Shown: positions 9,503 to 20,607 of the stretch, in pieces
Numbering within the stretch: the first letter of the stretch is position 1
Layout of the letters: every line of letters begins with the position of its first letter
NCBI GenBank assembly: GCA_965207375.1
Contig: OZ242274.1
Span: 96,001 to 160,000 of the forward strand
Length of the DNA: 64,000 nt
Direction of reading: 5' to 3'
DNA from: Nitrosopumilaceae archaeon
GTDB taxonomy: Archaea; Thermoproteota; Nitrososphaeria; Nitrososphaerales; Nitrosopumilaceae
Program-made: the position numbers and the translations under genes
Notes under the pieces: generated by a model
Told to the model about the DNA's origin: nothing
Databases searched by the model: none
Seen by the model: only the letters and a program-made list of their open reading frames with translations

Positions 9503-11135
9503 GTAACACTTCGACTTTCTGAAGTTTTCTTATAAAGCCAAATAGCAAAATATATTGATCACGTAATCATAACATAAATCGTTGATTTCGGGATTTGAGA
9601 TTACCGATATTGATTGGAATAACCCAGATGTTATCAAAATACTAGAATTTTTCAACAAAAGATTTGATGCTGTAGAAAAGGAAAACACACAACTAAAAGA
9701 CAAAATAAAACAGCTAGAAGATGAGAATTTAAAACTAAAGACCAAACGGCACAAATCAGGCCAGGTCACGTAGCTATAACAAAAGAGAGTTCAAGGAATA
9801 TCCACATACAGAAACCAGACCTGAGAGAAAGACAACATATGAGACCAGTCCAGATATCAGAAAAAAGACAGTAGACATGCCGCACTGTACAAACTGCGGC
9901 AATATACTGTCTGAATCTGCAAATTCGTACACCAGAACCATTGAGGATGTTGTAGATGGAAGATGGTGCAGTACCCAATGGACGATCCTGCGTCGTTACT
10001 GCAAAAACTGTAAATCTCAACAATCTGCACACGTGCCTGAGGTACTCTCAAACGAGCACTATGGCAATAACATAATGGCCATGGTCGTAGTGTTACGAAA
10101 CATGTCAATATCATTTGAAAAGATACGTCTCATCATATCTATGATGTATGGAAAACACATACCTGATTCAACCCTAGTCAAAATGTGTCACAAGGTATCT
10201 GATATGTGCAGACCCCTGTATGATTCTCTGCTTGAGGATCTAATCAAGGCAGGCGTGATATACGGAGACGAGACGGGTTGGCACCTTGACGAGAAAAGGT
10301 TCTGGGTGTGGGTATTTGCATCTCAATACATTCGATTATTCCACATAGCACCTACACGCAGCAAGCTGGTAGCAGAGGCAATACTGGGCGAATTTGACGG
10401 AATTACGAATTCAGATTCTTATCCGGGAGGGAACGATCTAGGTAAAGAGCAGCAGAGATGTCTGTTACATTATCATCGCGACATGTATCGCACCAAAGAC
10501 GGCACTGATAGTGACGAGTTTAAGAAATTATTTGAAGAGTTGCACAACATATTCAAGAGTGCACAGGATGCATGGGATGAAAAGGACATATCATCAGAGC
10601 TGATAGATTCGTTACAGAACAGAATAGATACGCTTGCAGAGCAGCAATATTCTGACAAGGATTGTAAGCGATATGCCAAGCGGCTCAAGAGAGAAAGAAA
10701 TCAACTACTTACATTCCTGCGTCATCCTAATGTTGAATATCACAATAATACCAGCGAGAGGGCGCTACGAGGTGTGGCTCTGATGCGCAAAATACTGTAC
10801 GGAAATATATCTAAGAGAGACCTAGAAACTACAGAAACGCTTGCCACAATCTATGCCGCCTGCAATGTACGCAGAATCAATCCGTATCGATTCTTTAAGG
10901 ATTTTCTTGATGGCAAGGTTACTGACATACCAATGCCTGTGGCATGTCTTCCCGTGTGTGTAAAACCACAACTGCCGGTACTAGCAGCTGCTGCCTAGAT
11001 ATTTCCTTATAGTAAAAGATACTGTTTCATCTGATGTTTTGATACGGGTACAATACCCAGACATATTGACATGTCAGTAATAATTTCTGCTGTCAAATTG
11101 ATTTTCCAGACAACTTCAGAAAGTCGATCTGTTAC
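9503..11135 (+). mobile_element. IS66-family (ISBst12-like, single gene) element
   Basis: Terminal IRs GTAACACTTCGACTTTCTGAAGTT / AACTTCAGAAAGTCGATCTGTTAC; no matching target duplication. Confidence 0.88.
9582..10998 (+). pseudogene. IS66 transposase, frameshifted near 9769
   Basis: 9582-9773 and 9877-10998 are colinear with the 53568-55058 transposase; one extra base in gtcacgtagctataac versus gtcagtagctataac; GDETGW, QRCLLH, NNTSERALR. Confidence 0.85.
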
Positions 11136-11139
11136 AATT

Positions 11140-11349
11140 ATTTTTTATGTGCATCCATTACCGTTTTGATTCCGTGTTTCTGTCAGGTTGGTAAATCTGA
11201 GGATATTGCACCGGCTGGGACAGGTAACTTGCACACGATGTCATTTATTTTGTCATGCTGTATCAGTAGATTTCTGTACACATCACCTATGATATGCCAT
11301 GTCTTGACCCCACGTTGGCGTGCTCTACGTAGACACGTATCCTCGAGTG
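11140..11349 (-). pseudogene. IS5-family (ISL2-like, DDE_Tnp_4) transposase 3' remnant, interrupted by IS66
   Basis: RIRVYVEHA..GVKTWHII; similar to 21830-22090. Confidence 0.55.
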
Positions 11350-12844
11350 GTACTTGTTCACGTGGTGTCTACAATTTCACCATTTGTTCAAATTTTGATC
11401 ACCATCAGATCTAAATCATTCTGACTCACAAGTTGTATAATGAGTACCATCAACTGGAAAAGTGCATACAAAAAGGAACACCGAAAAGTCCTTCTTCTTG
11501 AATCTCTAGTATCAAGTTTACAAAAAATCATATTACAAAAAGATGACCTCCTACTACAAAAAGATAAAAAAATTCAAGAGCTTACCAAACGTGACAACTA
11601 TCATGACAATTCCAATACTCCTCCATCTAAGGATTCCATTACACGCAAGCAGGACCGCAAAATACGTGCAGAGAACAAAAAATCTACTGGAAAAAAACAG
11701 GGAGGACAACCTGGTCGCACAGGTGTAGCCCGCAAGGTCAAAGTAGATGAAGAAAAAGAGCACAAATTAGACACGTGTACCAAGTGTGGTTCTCAAGACA
11801 TACACCATACAGACACCAAAATCAGGATAATAACTGATATTGTGAAAACTCCTCCTCCACATACTTGCAAGCACAAGATTCATGGGTATCATTGCAACTG
11901 CTGTGGAGCTACTGACATTACACCCGAGGTTGACATTCCAAAAAAGGGTCAGTTTGGAAATGAAGTGATAAAGGAGATAATGGATAATCACATACATCGC
12001 ATGCCGGTACGTATGAACAAGGAGGCCATGAAAAGACGTGGAATCGAAATATCTGAAGGAGGTATTCAAAACATCATAGATACAGTCTCTGATGCGTTAT
12101 TTGTGCCTGCAAATGAGATAAAAGAAAAGATACAGGAAGCCGAGATTCTGATAGCAGATGAGACATCAGAGCGACTGCATGGAAAGACTATATGGTTGTG
12201 GACGTTTCATAATCCAATTACAAGTGAGAATTTCTATATAATTAATCCCAGCAGGGGAGCAAACGTACTCAAGGAAATAATAGGTGACTCACAAGATATA
12301 ATCATAACCTGTGACGGATGGCCTCCATACCGCAGATATATCATCCAGAGATGTAACGCGCACCTAATACGTGAAATCAAAACAATATCACAAAAGAATC
12401 CAGATTCTAAAATTGCAAAAAATACACTGCAATGCCTACAAAAGATATACCATGACGGCAAACATGTCCTAGACAAACCACCTGATTACCGAAAATCATA
12501 TGCTGTACAATTGGAAAAAAGAACACGTAACCTTGTCAAAAGGTATGCCAATGATGAAATTGTGGGTAAATTTGTAGCAAAACTGTCACGGGCCATACCT
12601 GACATGTTCCGGTTTGTCATAGACCCTCGTATACCATCTACAAGCAATCTTGCAGAGCAGAGCCTGCGTGAGTATGTTGTGTGCAGGAGAATACGTGGAT
12701 GTCTCAGATCTGAAAAAAGTATGGAGCGTAGAGGCAATCTGTATACGTGTGTTACTACCTGGAAGAATCTGGGACAGGATTATCTAGCAGAGCTGGTTCG
12801 GTACATTTAGGGCCAAAAATGCTCAAAAATAGGTGAACAAGTAC
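11350..12844 (+). mobile_element. Complete IS66-family element with 8-bp target site duplication
   Basis: IRs GTACTTGTTCAC / GTGAACAAGTAC; TSD CTCGAGTG at 11342-11349 and 12845-12852. Confidence 0.92.
11440..12810 (+). CDS. IS66-family transposase
   Basis: NSNTPPSKD, GGQPG, CxxC zinc finger, ADET, QRCNAHL, SNLAEQSLR. Confidence 0.92.
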   Translation: MSTINWKSAYKKEHRKVLLLESLVSSLQKIILQKDDLLLQKDKKIQELTKRDNYHDNSNTPPSKDSITRKQDRKIRAENKKSTGKKQGGQPGRTGVARKVKVDEEKEHKLDTCTKCGSQDIHHTDTKIRIITDIVKTPPPHTCKHKIHGYHCNCCGATDITPEVDIPKKGQFGNEVIKEIMDNHIHRMPVRMNKEAMKRRGIEISEGGIQNIIDTVSDALFVPANEIKEKIQEAEILIADETSERLHGKTIWLWTFHNPITSENFYIINPSRGANVLKEIIGDSQDIIITCDGWPPYRRYIIQRCNAHLIREIKTISQKNPDSKIAKNTLQCLQKIYHDGKHVLDKPPDYRKSYAVQLEKRTRNLVKRYANDEIVGKFVAKLSRAIPDMFRFVIDPRIPSTSNLAEQSLREYVVCRRIRGCLRSEKSMERRGNLYTCVTTWKNLGQDYLAELVRYI

Positions 12845-12970
12845 CTCGAGTGTATCCTCTGATTTTTGACATGTTTTCTGATTTCTGCAAATTACCATCT
12901 TTTTCGTGCCCAAAAGGCATACCGCAAGTCAATATCAATTTTAATATAATGAAGGCACGTAGGGTATGCA

Positions 12971-14167
12971 ATGACAACAAAAAACGCAAAGACAGTTCTG
13001 TTTGCTTCTTTGATTGCTGCAATGATTCTACCATTATCATCTACAGATATGGCGTCAGCAGAAGTATCATCTGATATTGAAATTAAAGAATACGAACAAA
13101 AAGCTCTAAGAGATAATGAGGTATCCGCTGATAAACTACTCAAAAGAGTAGGAGATAAATGGTTATCAAGTTACAAAGACACACGACATTTTAACACATC
13201 TGAGGAAGCTGTAAACAAATTTGTTGAAAGAAATAGTATGAAAGAAGGTTTGAATAAAGAAAATGCAAAACTTATTTCTAAAATTCACAACTTTGAAACA
13301 ATTACAGAATCTGTTGGAAGTGGCCATGAAATTGTTTTATTAATAGCTGAACTACAAAAAGCTAAAGGTAAATACAATCCTAGTGAACCAGTTTCCAAAT
13401 ACCATGATTGGATTGCAAATCAATATACAGTACCTACAACCAAACAGGGAATTAAAGACAGATTAACAGAGATTCTCGGCGATGAAAAATTTGTTAACTT
13501 GGCAAAAAAACATGCTAAAAATTTTAACAAATTATCTGAACTCGGCAGTGTTCCATTAGATCTAGTCATCTCAGATGAAGATTATTGGGGTGAAATTGGT
13601 CACATAGCACAATGTGAACGAGATGTAAATTGTGATGTTAATCTCTTAAAGCACCAACCAGGAGCAACAGCAGAAGAAATTGAAAAAATACAACAACTTG
13701 AAGCTCAAGTCAACGATGTATCATTTGATCTATGGGATCTAATTTTACCTAATGCACATGCAACATGGAAACAGACGTTCGTAAGTTCTAATCTTTATGC
13801 AAAAATACAGTTGGAATCATGTTACTATCAGAATTGTGTAGAAACATGGCAAGAATATCCATCAGGACCACAAGTAATTGATCATGATAGTTATGGTTCT
13901 CCTAACTTGGAGCATGTTTACAGAGATTCCTCCATGTATTTCTATGGAAGAAATTGTGACGCCTATAGTGGCTCACAAGCCATTATCAATAAAGTTACAA
14001 CAACCCCATATCTCGCACAAGTTTTGAAAACAAACTTGAGTGATAGTGATACAAAGATCAATACATGTGCAGTAGGTTACCATTATGATTCTTCATCAAG
14101 TCATGATTGGATGGTTGGAATCAAAGTAGACACACCTGGTTCATACTATTGGGTTTGGATCCCATAA
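12971..14167 (+). CDS. Secreted/surface hypothetical protein
   Basis: Signal peptide MTTKNAKTVLFASLIAAMILP of a type common in thaumarchaeal exported proteins; T-rich terminator-like tract follows. Confidence 0.75.
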   Translation: MTTKNAKTVLFASLIAAMILPLSSTDMASAEVSSDIEIKEYEQKALRDNEVSADKLLKRVGDKWLSSYKDTRHFNTSEEAVNKFVERNSMKEGLNKENAKLISKIHNFETITESVGSGHEIVLLIAELQKAKGKYNPSEPVSKYHDWIANQYTVPTTKQGIKDRLTEILGDEKFVNLAKKHAKNFNKLSELGSVPLDLVISDEDYWGEIGHIAQCERDVNCDVNLLKHQPGATAEEIEKIQQLEAQVNDVSFDLWDLILPNAHATWKQTFVSSNLYAKIQLESCYYQNCVETWQEYPSGPQVIDHDSYGSPNLEHVYRDSSMYFYGRNCDAYSGSQAIINKVTTTPYLAQVLKTNLSDSDTKINTCAVGYHYDSSSSHDWMVGIKVDTPGSYYWVWIP

Positions 14168-14185
14168 TCTTTTCTTTTTTTAGAA

Positions 14186-14836
14186 ATGACTGTTAAATAT
14201 ACTCTAAACAAGAAAAAGTACATTATGAAAACAAACAAGGTTCTCAGCCTAATAGCAATTGGAGTGATTGTGCCCATATTTACTATAACTGGATTAATTC
14301 CCATGTATTTGCATAGTCTAGATAATGATCTTCCAATAGTAGAGTATGTTTGTATAACTGGATTTTATCCAACAGATTTTGCGGGTTGGAAAAGTTACGA
14401 TAATGACACTCATTATATTGATATGGACGACTGTAGATGGATACCCTACCATGAGAGGCATATACAACGAGTGACAGAAATGGAACATGACATTATAGGT
14501 AATGGAAAATATGTAGAGGTAGAATTTGATTATGAAATATCAAGTGGCAGTGTAGATTCCATGCATTATAATTTAAAAAATAATTCTTATGATATTAGAA
14601 TTACCACAACAAAGGCAGGGTTATTTAGTGTGGATATTCCTACAGATCAGAATGCACTTATGTTTGATGAGTGTGAGCCAAATATTCAAAAATATTTTAT
14701 TTTTATTGGTGGCAATTTAACACAATATGAATTAATTGAAATCTCACCAAATTTGGAAAATATAAAATTCAATTATTCTTCAAATGCACACGATATTGGA
14801 ATTTTTTTGAATTGTCAACCACAGACAGATACATAA
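14186..14836 (+). CDS. Membrane-anchored hypothetical protein with a beta-rich surface domain
   Basis: N-terminal TM helix; YEISSGSV...GLFSVDIP resembles the domain in thaumarchaeal PEFG-CTERM-type proteins. Confidence 0.6.
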   Translation: MTVKYTLNKKKYIMKTNKVLSLIAIGVIVPIFTITGLIPMYLHSLDNDLPIVEYVCITGFYPTDFAGWKSYDNDTHYIDMDDCRWIPYHERHIQRVTEMEHDIIGNGKYVEVEFDYEISSGSVDSMHYNLKNNSYDIRITTTKAGLFSVDIPTDQNALMFDECEPNIQKYFIFIGGNLTQYELIEISPNLENIKFNYSSNAHDIGIFLNCQPQTDT

Positions 14837-14879
14837 TTTATGAGAAAATAACCACTAAAATTCTTTCATGTATTTTGGA

Positions 14880-15160
14880 GTGGACCCCTTGTTTTAGTAC
14901 CACTTTTTGCATGATTTTACATGCACCTTCTGTCATTTATCTTTCGCCCTCCACTGTGCAACGAACTCGTCCGGTGTGAGATATCCTATGGATGAATGGA
15001 TTCTTTCAGAGTTGTAATCTACAAACGCATCTTCCAGAACCTGTGCGGCTTCCTAGTAGCTGGCAAACTCGTGCGGCCAGACATACTCTTTTTTGAGGGT
15101 CTTGTGGAATGACTCCACATGGCCGTTCTGCTCTGGCGTGTTCTTCCAGATGAACTCATG
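14880..15160 (-). pseudogene. IS3-family transposase C-terminal remnant
   Basis: Manual translation TPEQNGHVESFHKTLKKE...YNSERIHSSIGYLTP with an internal stop; cut at 15161 by an IS66 end (GTAAGTG). Confidence 0.75.
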
Positions 15161-15563
15161 GTAAGTGTTAACGTCGTTTTTACCCATCTAGAGGTATTTT
15201 ACCATCTCTTCTAGATAATTTAGTCCGGCATTTCTAAGTCATCACACATGAAAACAGATTGCCCAACGTCTCCATACTTTTCTCAGATCTGATCCCACCT
15301 CGTATTTTTCTGTGTACAACAATCTCACGCAGTGCACGTTCTGCTGTATTGTTGGTAGGAGGTATGGTAGGGTCCAGTACAAATCTGAATAAGTTTGGCA
15401 AGGCTCGCCCCAGCTTTCCCATGAATCTTTTGAGATTGTGCAGTGGAGTGCATGTATCGATAATCCTCTTTACACGACGATACAGATTGTGCCGTATTTT
15501 TTTACGCCGTTTTGGAGTGATCCCCTCTCTTTGATACCACTTTTTGCAATAATTTATGCACAC
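15161..15563 (-). pseudogene. IS66 transposase 3' fragment with terminal GTAAG
   Basis: IPPTNNTAERALREIVVHRKIRGGIRS; similar to the C-terminus of 11440-12810. Confidence 0.8.
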
Positions 15564-15684
15564 TTTTCACCTCCAATTATCTGTTTGGTATCGCCTGTCT
15601 CTCTATAGTCCCAAAAGTAGTTCACCCCCTCCGGTTTTGACTGTGCCAATCTAGACTGCAACAATCACATTGCGTCCATATACT

Positions 15685-15781
15685 AGATCTTATGCATAAT
15701 CAAATCTTGAATTAAAAATGCTTAATTTTTAGCCTTTATTTGAAAATTTTATTTTGAATTGATCAATTGTGCATGAGGTCT
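15685..15781. mobile_element. 97-bp MITE
   Basis: IRs AGATCTTATGCA / TGCATGAGGTCT; 3-bp duplication ACT; near-identical inverted copy at 21546-21642. Confidence 0.85.
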
Positions 15782-15923
15782 ACTGTTGCAGACACCAATG
15801 TCGCAGAGCGTCTGATTGTACAGTACGGTTGGGTTGTACGCAGGCACGCTGCCAAACGGCAAAGTGGTGTTGCATTAGCCACAGCAGCGGCAGTCAAAAA
15901 AGAGTTCACCCCAAGTGTAGTAG

Positions 15924-15942
15924 TGGGCCCGAAGGGATTCTA
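15924..15942 (-). repeat. att site: copy of the tRNA-Ile(CAU) 3' end
   Basis: TGGGCCCGAAGGGaTTCtAT versus TGGGCCCGAAGGGcTTCgAT at 56477; 13 bp exact, then two mismatches. Confidence 0.75.
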
Positions 15943-16177
15943 TGTATTTTGCTTCAAAATTCTGTCCCATGACAGGCACCAATACGTGTTCTAAAAAAAC
16001 TGATTCCAAATCCAGCGTTTCATTACCATGTGCTCTGTCAAATAACTCCCTACGATTTGATCCGAGTATCGAGTCGCAGAGAGTTATGCAACAGAGTATG
16101 CAGAAGACTCATACAACAGTATCTGTTATGCAAAAGAATGAGACGTCATAGTTTAGTTCTAGATAGAGAATGATCAT

Positions 16178-18085
16178 ATGATATTAAAATTAATTCAAGT
16201 GAAGAATTTTCGTTCCATAAAAGATGAGGTTTTAGTCTGTGACAATCTGACTGCTCTTGTGGGTGTAAACGGTTCGGGAAAGTCTTCTTTTTTGCACGCA
16301 ATTGAGTTATTTCAAAGCAAGTCACCGCGAGTAGATGAAGAAGATTACTATGATAGGAACACTATAGAGGACATCGTAATAGCTATAACATTCAAAGATC
16401 TGTCGGAATCGGCAAAAAACCGGTTTGCAAAATACATACAAAACGATGAACTAACAGTGGAAATGGTCATAACATGGAATGATGGTAACTCAGCCCGAAG
16501 ATTTCATGGTTCGATACTACAGAATCCGGATTTTAGTGAAATTATCCGCGAAGACAAGGCAGAAAATGCAAAGAAAATATACAATGAGTTAAGAAAGAAT
16601 GAAGATTACAAACACTTTCCAAATTGGTCAAGTTTCTTAAAAGCAAAAAAATATCTCGAGGATTGGGAAACCGAAAATTCCAGCAAGTGCGACAAAATAC
16701 GTGATGATGGGCAATTCTTTGGTTTAAATGTACAAAGACATCTTGAAAGATTTGTAAGATTTTTGTACATACCATCAGTACGTGATGCCGCCGATGATGC
16801 ACAAGAAGGAAGAGATTCTGTCCTGACCAAACTGATGAATTTAGTTATAAGAAAAAATCTGGAAGAAGAAGAAGATATTAAAAAATTTCTGGAAGACACC
16901 AAAAAAAGATATGTCAAGATGATGGACACATCAAAGTTGGAGGAACTAGAACACCTAGAAGAAAAGATGACTAAGACTCTTCAGAATTTTGTGCCCGATG
17001 CCAAAATAAATCTAGCATGGCAGTCTCAGGAACCAGGAATTAAATTCCCAGATGCGGTAGCGAATGTGGTAGAAGATGACTATCAAACAACGGTAGCTAG
17101 GACTGGTCATGGACTTCAAAGAGCTTTCATAATGACTATGTTACAGCATCTATCAATTGCACAAGCCGACAGTACAAAAGAGGAAGCATCATCTTCTGAC
17201 GAATCATCTACACTCATACTTGTGATAGAGGAGCCAGAACTTTACCAACACCCTAGCAGACAACGTCATCTTGCAGAGGTATTCCTTTCGTTAGCAAAAG
17301 GGACGATGCAGGGAGTTTCTGGAAACACACAAATTATTTACAGCACACATTCTCCCCATTTTGTTGGCATTGACAGGATAAATCAAATCAGACTATTGCG
17401 AAAAATAAAGACCGATGCTAAAAAACCAAGAACAACCAGGATATTCAGTACTAATCTGAACGAAGTTGCCACCGAATTATCAAAAGTATGGCAACAATCT
17501 GGATTTACTGCCAATACTCTAGCACCACGCCTTCAAAGGATCATGACGCCGTGGATGAATGAAGGGTTTTTTTCAGATGTTGTTGTTTTGGTTGAAGGTG
17601 AGGATGATCGGGCGGCCATTATTGGTACAGCAGAATCACTCGGTTATAAATTTGAAAGTATGGGAATTTCTGTAATTCCATGTTTTGGAAAGACCAATGT
17701 GGATAAACCCGCGATAATATTTAGAAAATTTAACATTCCTGTTTATATCATATGGGATGGAGATAAAGGGAAAAGAGATGCGGTTGCACAAGAAAATCAC
17801 CGTCTTTTGTCATTGATGGACCAAGATAAGGAAGATTGGCCATCGAACATAACCGATACTTTTGCATGTTTTGAAACAAATATGCAAGATTTCATGAAGA
17901 GTGAAATTGGTGAAACTCTGTTTGAACGTTACATGAATGATTGTAACACAGATTTTTACATGAAAAGGGACCAAGCCCTGAAAAACCCAGCCGTTATTTC
18001 TACAATTATAAAAAGAGCAAAACAAGAGGGTCAATCATGCAAAAAGTTTGAGACAATTGTGAAGAAGATAATAGGTTTGAAGTGA
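16178..18085 (+). CDS. OLD-family ATP-dependent nuclease (ABC ATPase + TOPRIM)
   Basis: GVNGSGKS, TGHGLQR, IEEPE, STHS, TOPRIM VEGEDD and DGD. Confidence 0.88.
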   Translation: MILKLIQVKNFRSIKDEVLVCDNLTALVGVNGSGKSSFLHAIELFQSKSPRVDEEDYYDRNTIEDIVIAITFKDLSESAKNRFAKYIQNDELTVEMVITWNDGNSARRFHGSILQNPDFSEIIREDKAENAKKIYNELRKNEDYKHFPNWSSFLKAKKYLEDWETENSSKCDKIRDDGQFFGLNVQRHLERFVRFLYIPSVRDAADDAQEGRDSVLTKLMNLVIRKNLEEEEDIKKFLEDTKKRYVKMMDTSKLEELEHLEEKMTKTLQNFVPDAKINLAWQSQEPGIKFPDAVANVVEDDYQTTVARTGHGLQRAFIMTMLQHLSIAQADSTKEEASSSDESSTLILVIEEPELYQHPSRQRHLAEVFLSLAKGTMQGVSGNTQIIYSTHSPHFVGIDRINQIRLLRKIKTDAKKPRTTRIFSTNLNEVATELSKVWQQSGFTANTLAPRLQRIMTPWMNEGFFSDVVVLVEGEDDRAAIIGTAESLGYKFESMGISVIPCFGKTNVDKPAIIFRKFNIPVYIIWDGDKGKRDAVAQENHRLLSLMDQDKEDWPSNITDTFACFETNMQDFMKSEIGETLFERYMNDCNTDFYMKRDQALKNPAVISTIIKRAKQEGQSCKKFETIVKKIIGLK

Positions 18086-18115
18086 TAACCATCTAAGCGA
18101 AATGTGGCCAAAATT

Positions 18116-18360
18116 CTACTCTGGCGGTAGCTTGGACTGACGTATCAACTTAAAATCCATTTGTACTTTGAAAACTAACATGGTCATAATACTCTGACTT
18201 TGTGTATCATCACAAAGAATGCCTTGATAATTATCCACTCGTTGTACAGTATCAGCAAATAATAAAAACACAACATTCTTGAATCGTGTCTTGGTCCTGC
18301 ATTCCTCTATCTTGCCGTATCCGGATTCTATCCCCAATCTACTTGTATATTCTGTAACAT
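18116..18360 (-). pseudogene. Transposase remnant (ISH3/IS4-like)
   Basis: Y..R.GIESGY..IE segment resembles the YREK-type motif. Confidence 0.5.
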
Positions 18361-18445
18361 CTACAAGTAATCATATGTGCCCCGATCAAGGAAATTATCT
18401 GATAAAGTCATAAAGGAATTTTTGGTTCATTTCATACCTAAAAAA

Positions 18446-18613
18446 TCAGTTTGTAATCCTTGCTAATTTCTTTAATTCGTCTTTTGTCAAGGCAAGTCTG
18501 AATAAAACTGCATCTGGATTCTTTGCATTTTTGGCCTGTGGATAAAAACTGATGACGTACTTTGAGCCGTCTTTTTTGATATCATATGGACGGCCGCCAA
18601 TGGTATCTCGCAT
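18446..18613 (-). CDS. Small basic hypothetical protein
   Basis: ORF MRDTIGGRPYDIKKDG...; start uncertain. Confidence 0.5.
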   Translation of the reverse strand: MRDTIGGRPYDIKKDGSKYVISFYPQAKNAKNPDAVLFRLALTKDELKKLARITN

Positions 18614-18704
18614 AATATTTGATAAAATCGGTAGTTTATAGAGTTGTCGAAATCCATCCAAATGTGTGTTGCATACAAGTTATAATTTACATACACGATA
18701 TGAA

Positions 18705-20582
18705 TTAATTTAAATTCCAAATCTGGTCAGCGTATTTTGCAAAATTATCTTCTCGCTGTTTGATTATATTTGCAGTCCATTCATCATAATTGCATACTGT
18801 CTGCTGGTTAATTTCAAGCTTAGAACCTACATATCCAATCTGAACTCCATTGCTGTCTTTTTGAAATTTTTTGATAGAAAATGGAAGATTGGAATTATTT
18901 GTGTTCACAACCTTGTGTAATAAGGTAAGATTTCCTAGTCGATTCTTGAATTCATCAATTTTGGACTCTCCATCATATCCTGCAAAAAATGCTTTCATAT
19001 CCCATTTCTCAGAGTTTTGTGGAAGTATGTGTTCTAGGGTAAGATCATCTATAGGTCTTACGTCATCATATTTGGTACCAAGATGTATAGAAATTTGTTG
19101 TAGTATGTATTTTACTGCATCTTTCTTAGGATCCTCCATGAATTTTTTAAAGTTGTAAACAAAATCTTCATGGTCATCATACTTTTTGAGTTTATCAATA
19201 ACTGCCTGATAAGAATCGCCAGAGTTAATCATTCCAACTATTACATCAATTATTTTTTTGATATCGCCAGGGTGTTCCTTCCGTATGACTCTCACTTTAA
19301 AGAAAAACTTGACCAAAAATTGTACTAGCTTAGAATAGTCATTTGGTTTTTGAACATACCACTGACGATATGCTGCAAGTAATGGAACACGTATGAATTT
19401 TGCCTTAAGTATTTTGATTACATGTACATCATCTTTACTGTCTTCGTCAAAGTATTGGGAAGGATCAGATAATCCTGATAGATATTCAGCATCTGTTTCT
19501 AGTTCCTTTATAAAGTCCTCACATGATTTTTCGTCAGTTACAATCTTTTTGATAATCTTATACAGATTCTTCTTTGACATAGAAAGTTTTGGTTCCGAGT
19601 TATCAGATTGATCATATTTGAGACGAAGTGAATTACGTTCTTTATGTCGCGAATAATAAGATTCCATAATAAATTCATCATCTTGTTGATTGTTGCCTAT
19701 AACCTTATCGAAGATATTGTTCCAACGATCACTTTGCTTCTTTTGCATATCTAATGTCTTAATTTTGTTCAAGATGTGGTTTTTAATCAAATTTGATTTG
19801 GATAGTGTTTGTCCCCTTTCATTTAATGTCTCAAATATTTGAAATGCAGTATTATCATCATCAACCATGATCAAAACAACATAATTGTAGTCACATACAA
19901 AATCAATAAAATAGCTCATTAAAGGAATGTTATGCTCCATGTGTTTTGTCTCACGATGTTCATCATAATCTTTAGAAGTTGAATTTGAAGTATTTGGAGC
20001 AAAATCATTAGCAAGACATAACAATAATTTTTCGTGTAATAAATTATAATTTTCAACAAGCAGCTTATTAGATTTTGTTTTAAATTTTTTATTTTTAAAA
20101 CGCACCGCTTGGGATTCTTTATCATGTTCATATTTTTGTATTTCATTGAATAGATCCTTATCAGTATCATTAAGTTCTAATTTCCATCCAAGTTCTTGGC
20201 CCATACTTTTGTTGAGAAGAAGATTATCAATCTTGTTTACGCCCTCAATTTGATTGTACTCATACATTATATCTCGCACAACACAAAACAACATCGTGAG
20301 TGTAGCTAATCTTTGCTGCCCATCTATTACAAGGAATTCCTGTTCTTCTTTACTAGTAACAAGTACCATAGGTCCAAACAGATATTGTGCATCAGGTACA
20401 GGTTCAGCTCGGTTTTTGACAAGATCAAAACTTTCCAAGAGATCGGTCAATAATGCTCCTACTTTTTCTTTGTCCCAATCGTAGTTGCGTTGAAATCTTG
20501 GAACTTTAAGCAGCTGTTTTTGGGACAATAATTGGCCAATAGATACAGCTTTTGTATTTGCAAATTTATTATTAAACGCCAA
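18705..20582 (-). CDS. DUF262-DUF1524 protein (GmrSD/SspE-like modification-dependent nuclease)
   Basis: VPRFQRNYDW, IDGQQRLATL, FETLNERG, EHILPQ...LGNLTLL....N. Confidence 0.9.
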   Translation of the reverse strand: MAFNNKFANTKAVSIGQLLSQKQLLKVPRFQRNYDWDKEKVGALLTDLLESFDLVKNRAEPVPDAQYLFGPMVLVTSKEEQEFLVIDGQQRLATLTMLFCVVRDIMYEYNQIEGVNKIDNLLLNKSMGQELGWKLELNDTDKDLFNEIQKYEHDKESQAVRFKNKKFKTKSNKLLVENYNLLHEKLLLCLANDFAPNTSNSTSKDYDEHRETKHMEHNIPLMSYFIDFVCDYNYVVLIMVDDDNTAFQIFETLNERGQTLSKSNLIKNHILNKIKTLDMQKKQSDRWNNIFDKVIGNNQQDDEFIMESYYSRHKERNSLRLKYDQSDNSEPKLSMSKKNLYKIIKKIVTDEKSCEDFIKELETDAEYLSGLSDPSQYFDEDSKDDVHVIKILKAKFIRVPLLAAYRQWYVQKPNDYSKLVQFLVKFFFKVRVIRKEHPGDIKKIIDVIVGMINSGDSYQAVIDKLKKYDDHEDFVYNFKKFMEDPKKDAVKYILQQISIHLGTKYDDVRPIDDLTLEHILPQNSEKWDMKAFFAGYDGESKIDEFKNRLGNLTLLHKVVNTNNSNLPFSIKKFQKDSNGVQIGYVGSKLEINQQTVCNYDEWTANIIKQREDNFAKYADQIWNLN

Positions 20583-20607
20583 TATGTCTAATCCAACTTA
20601 CAGCAAT

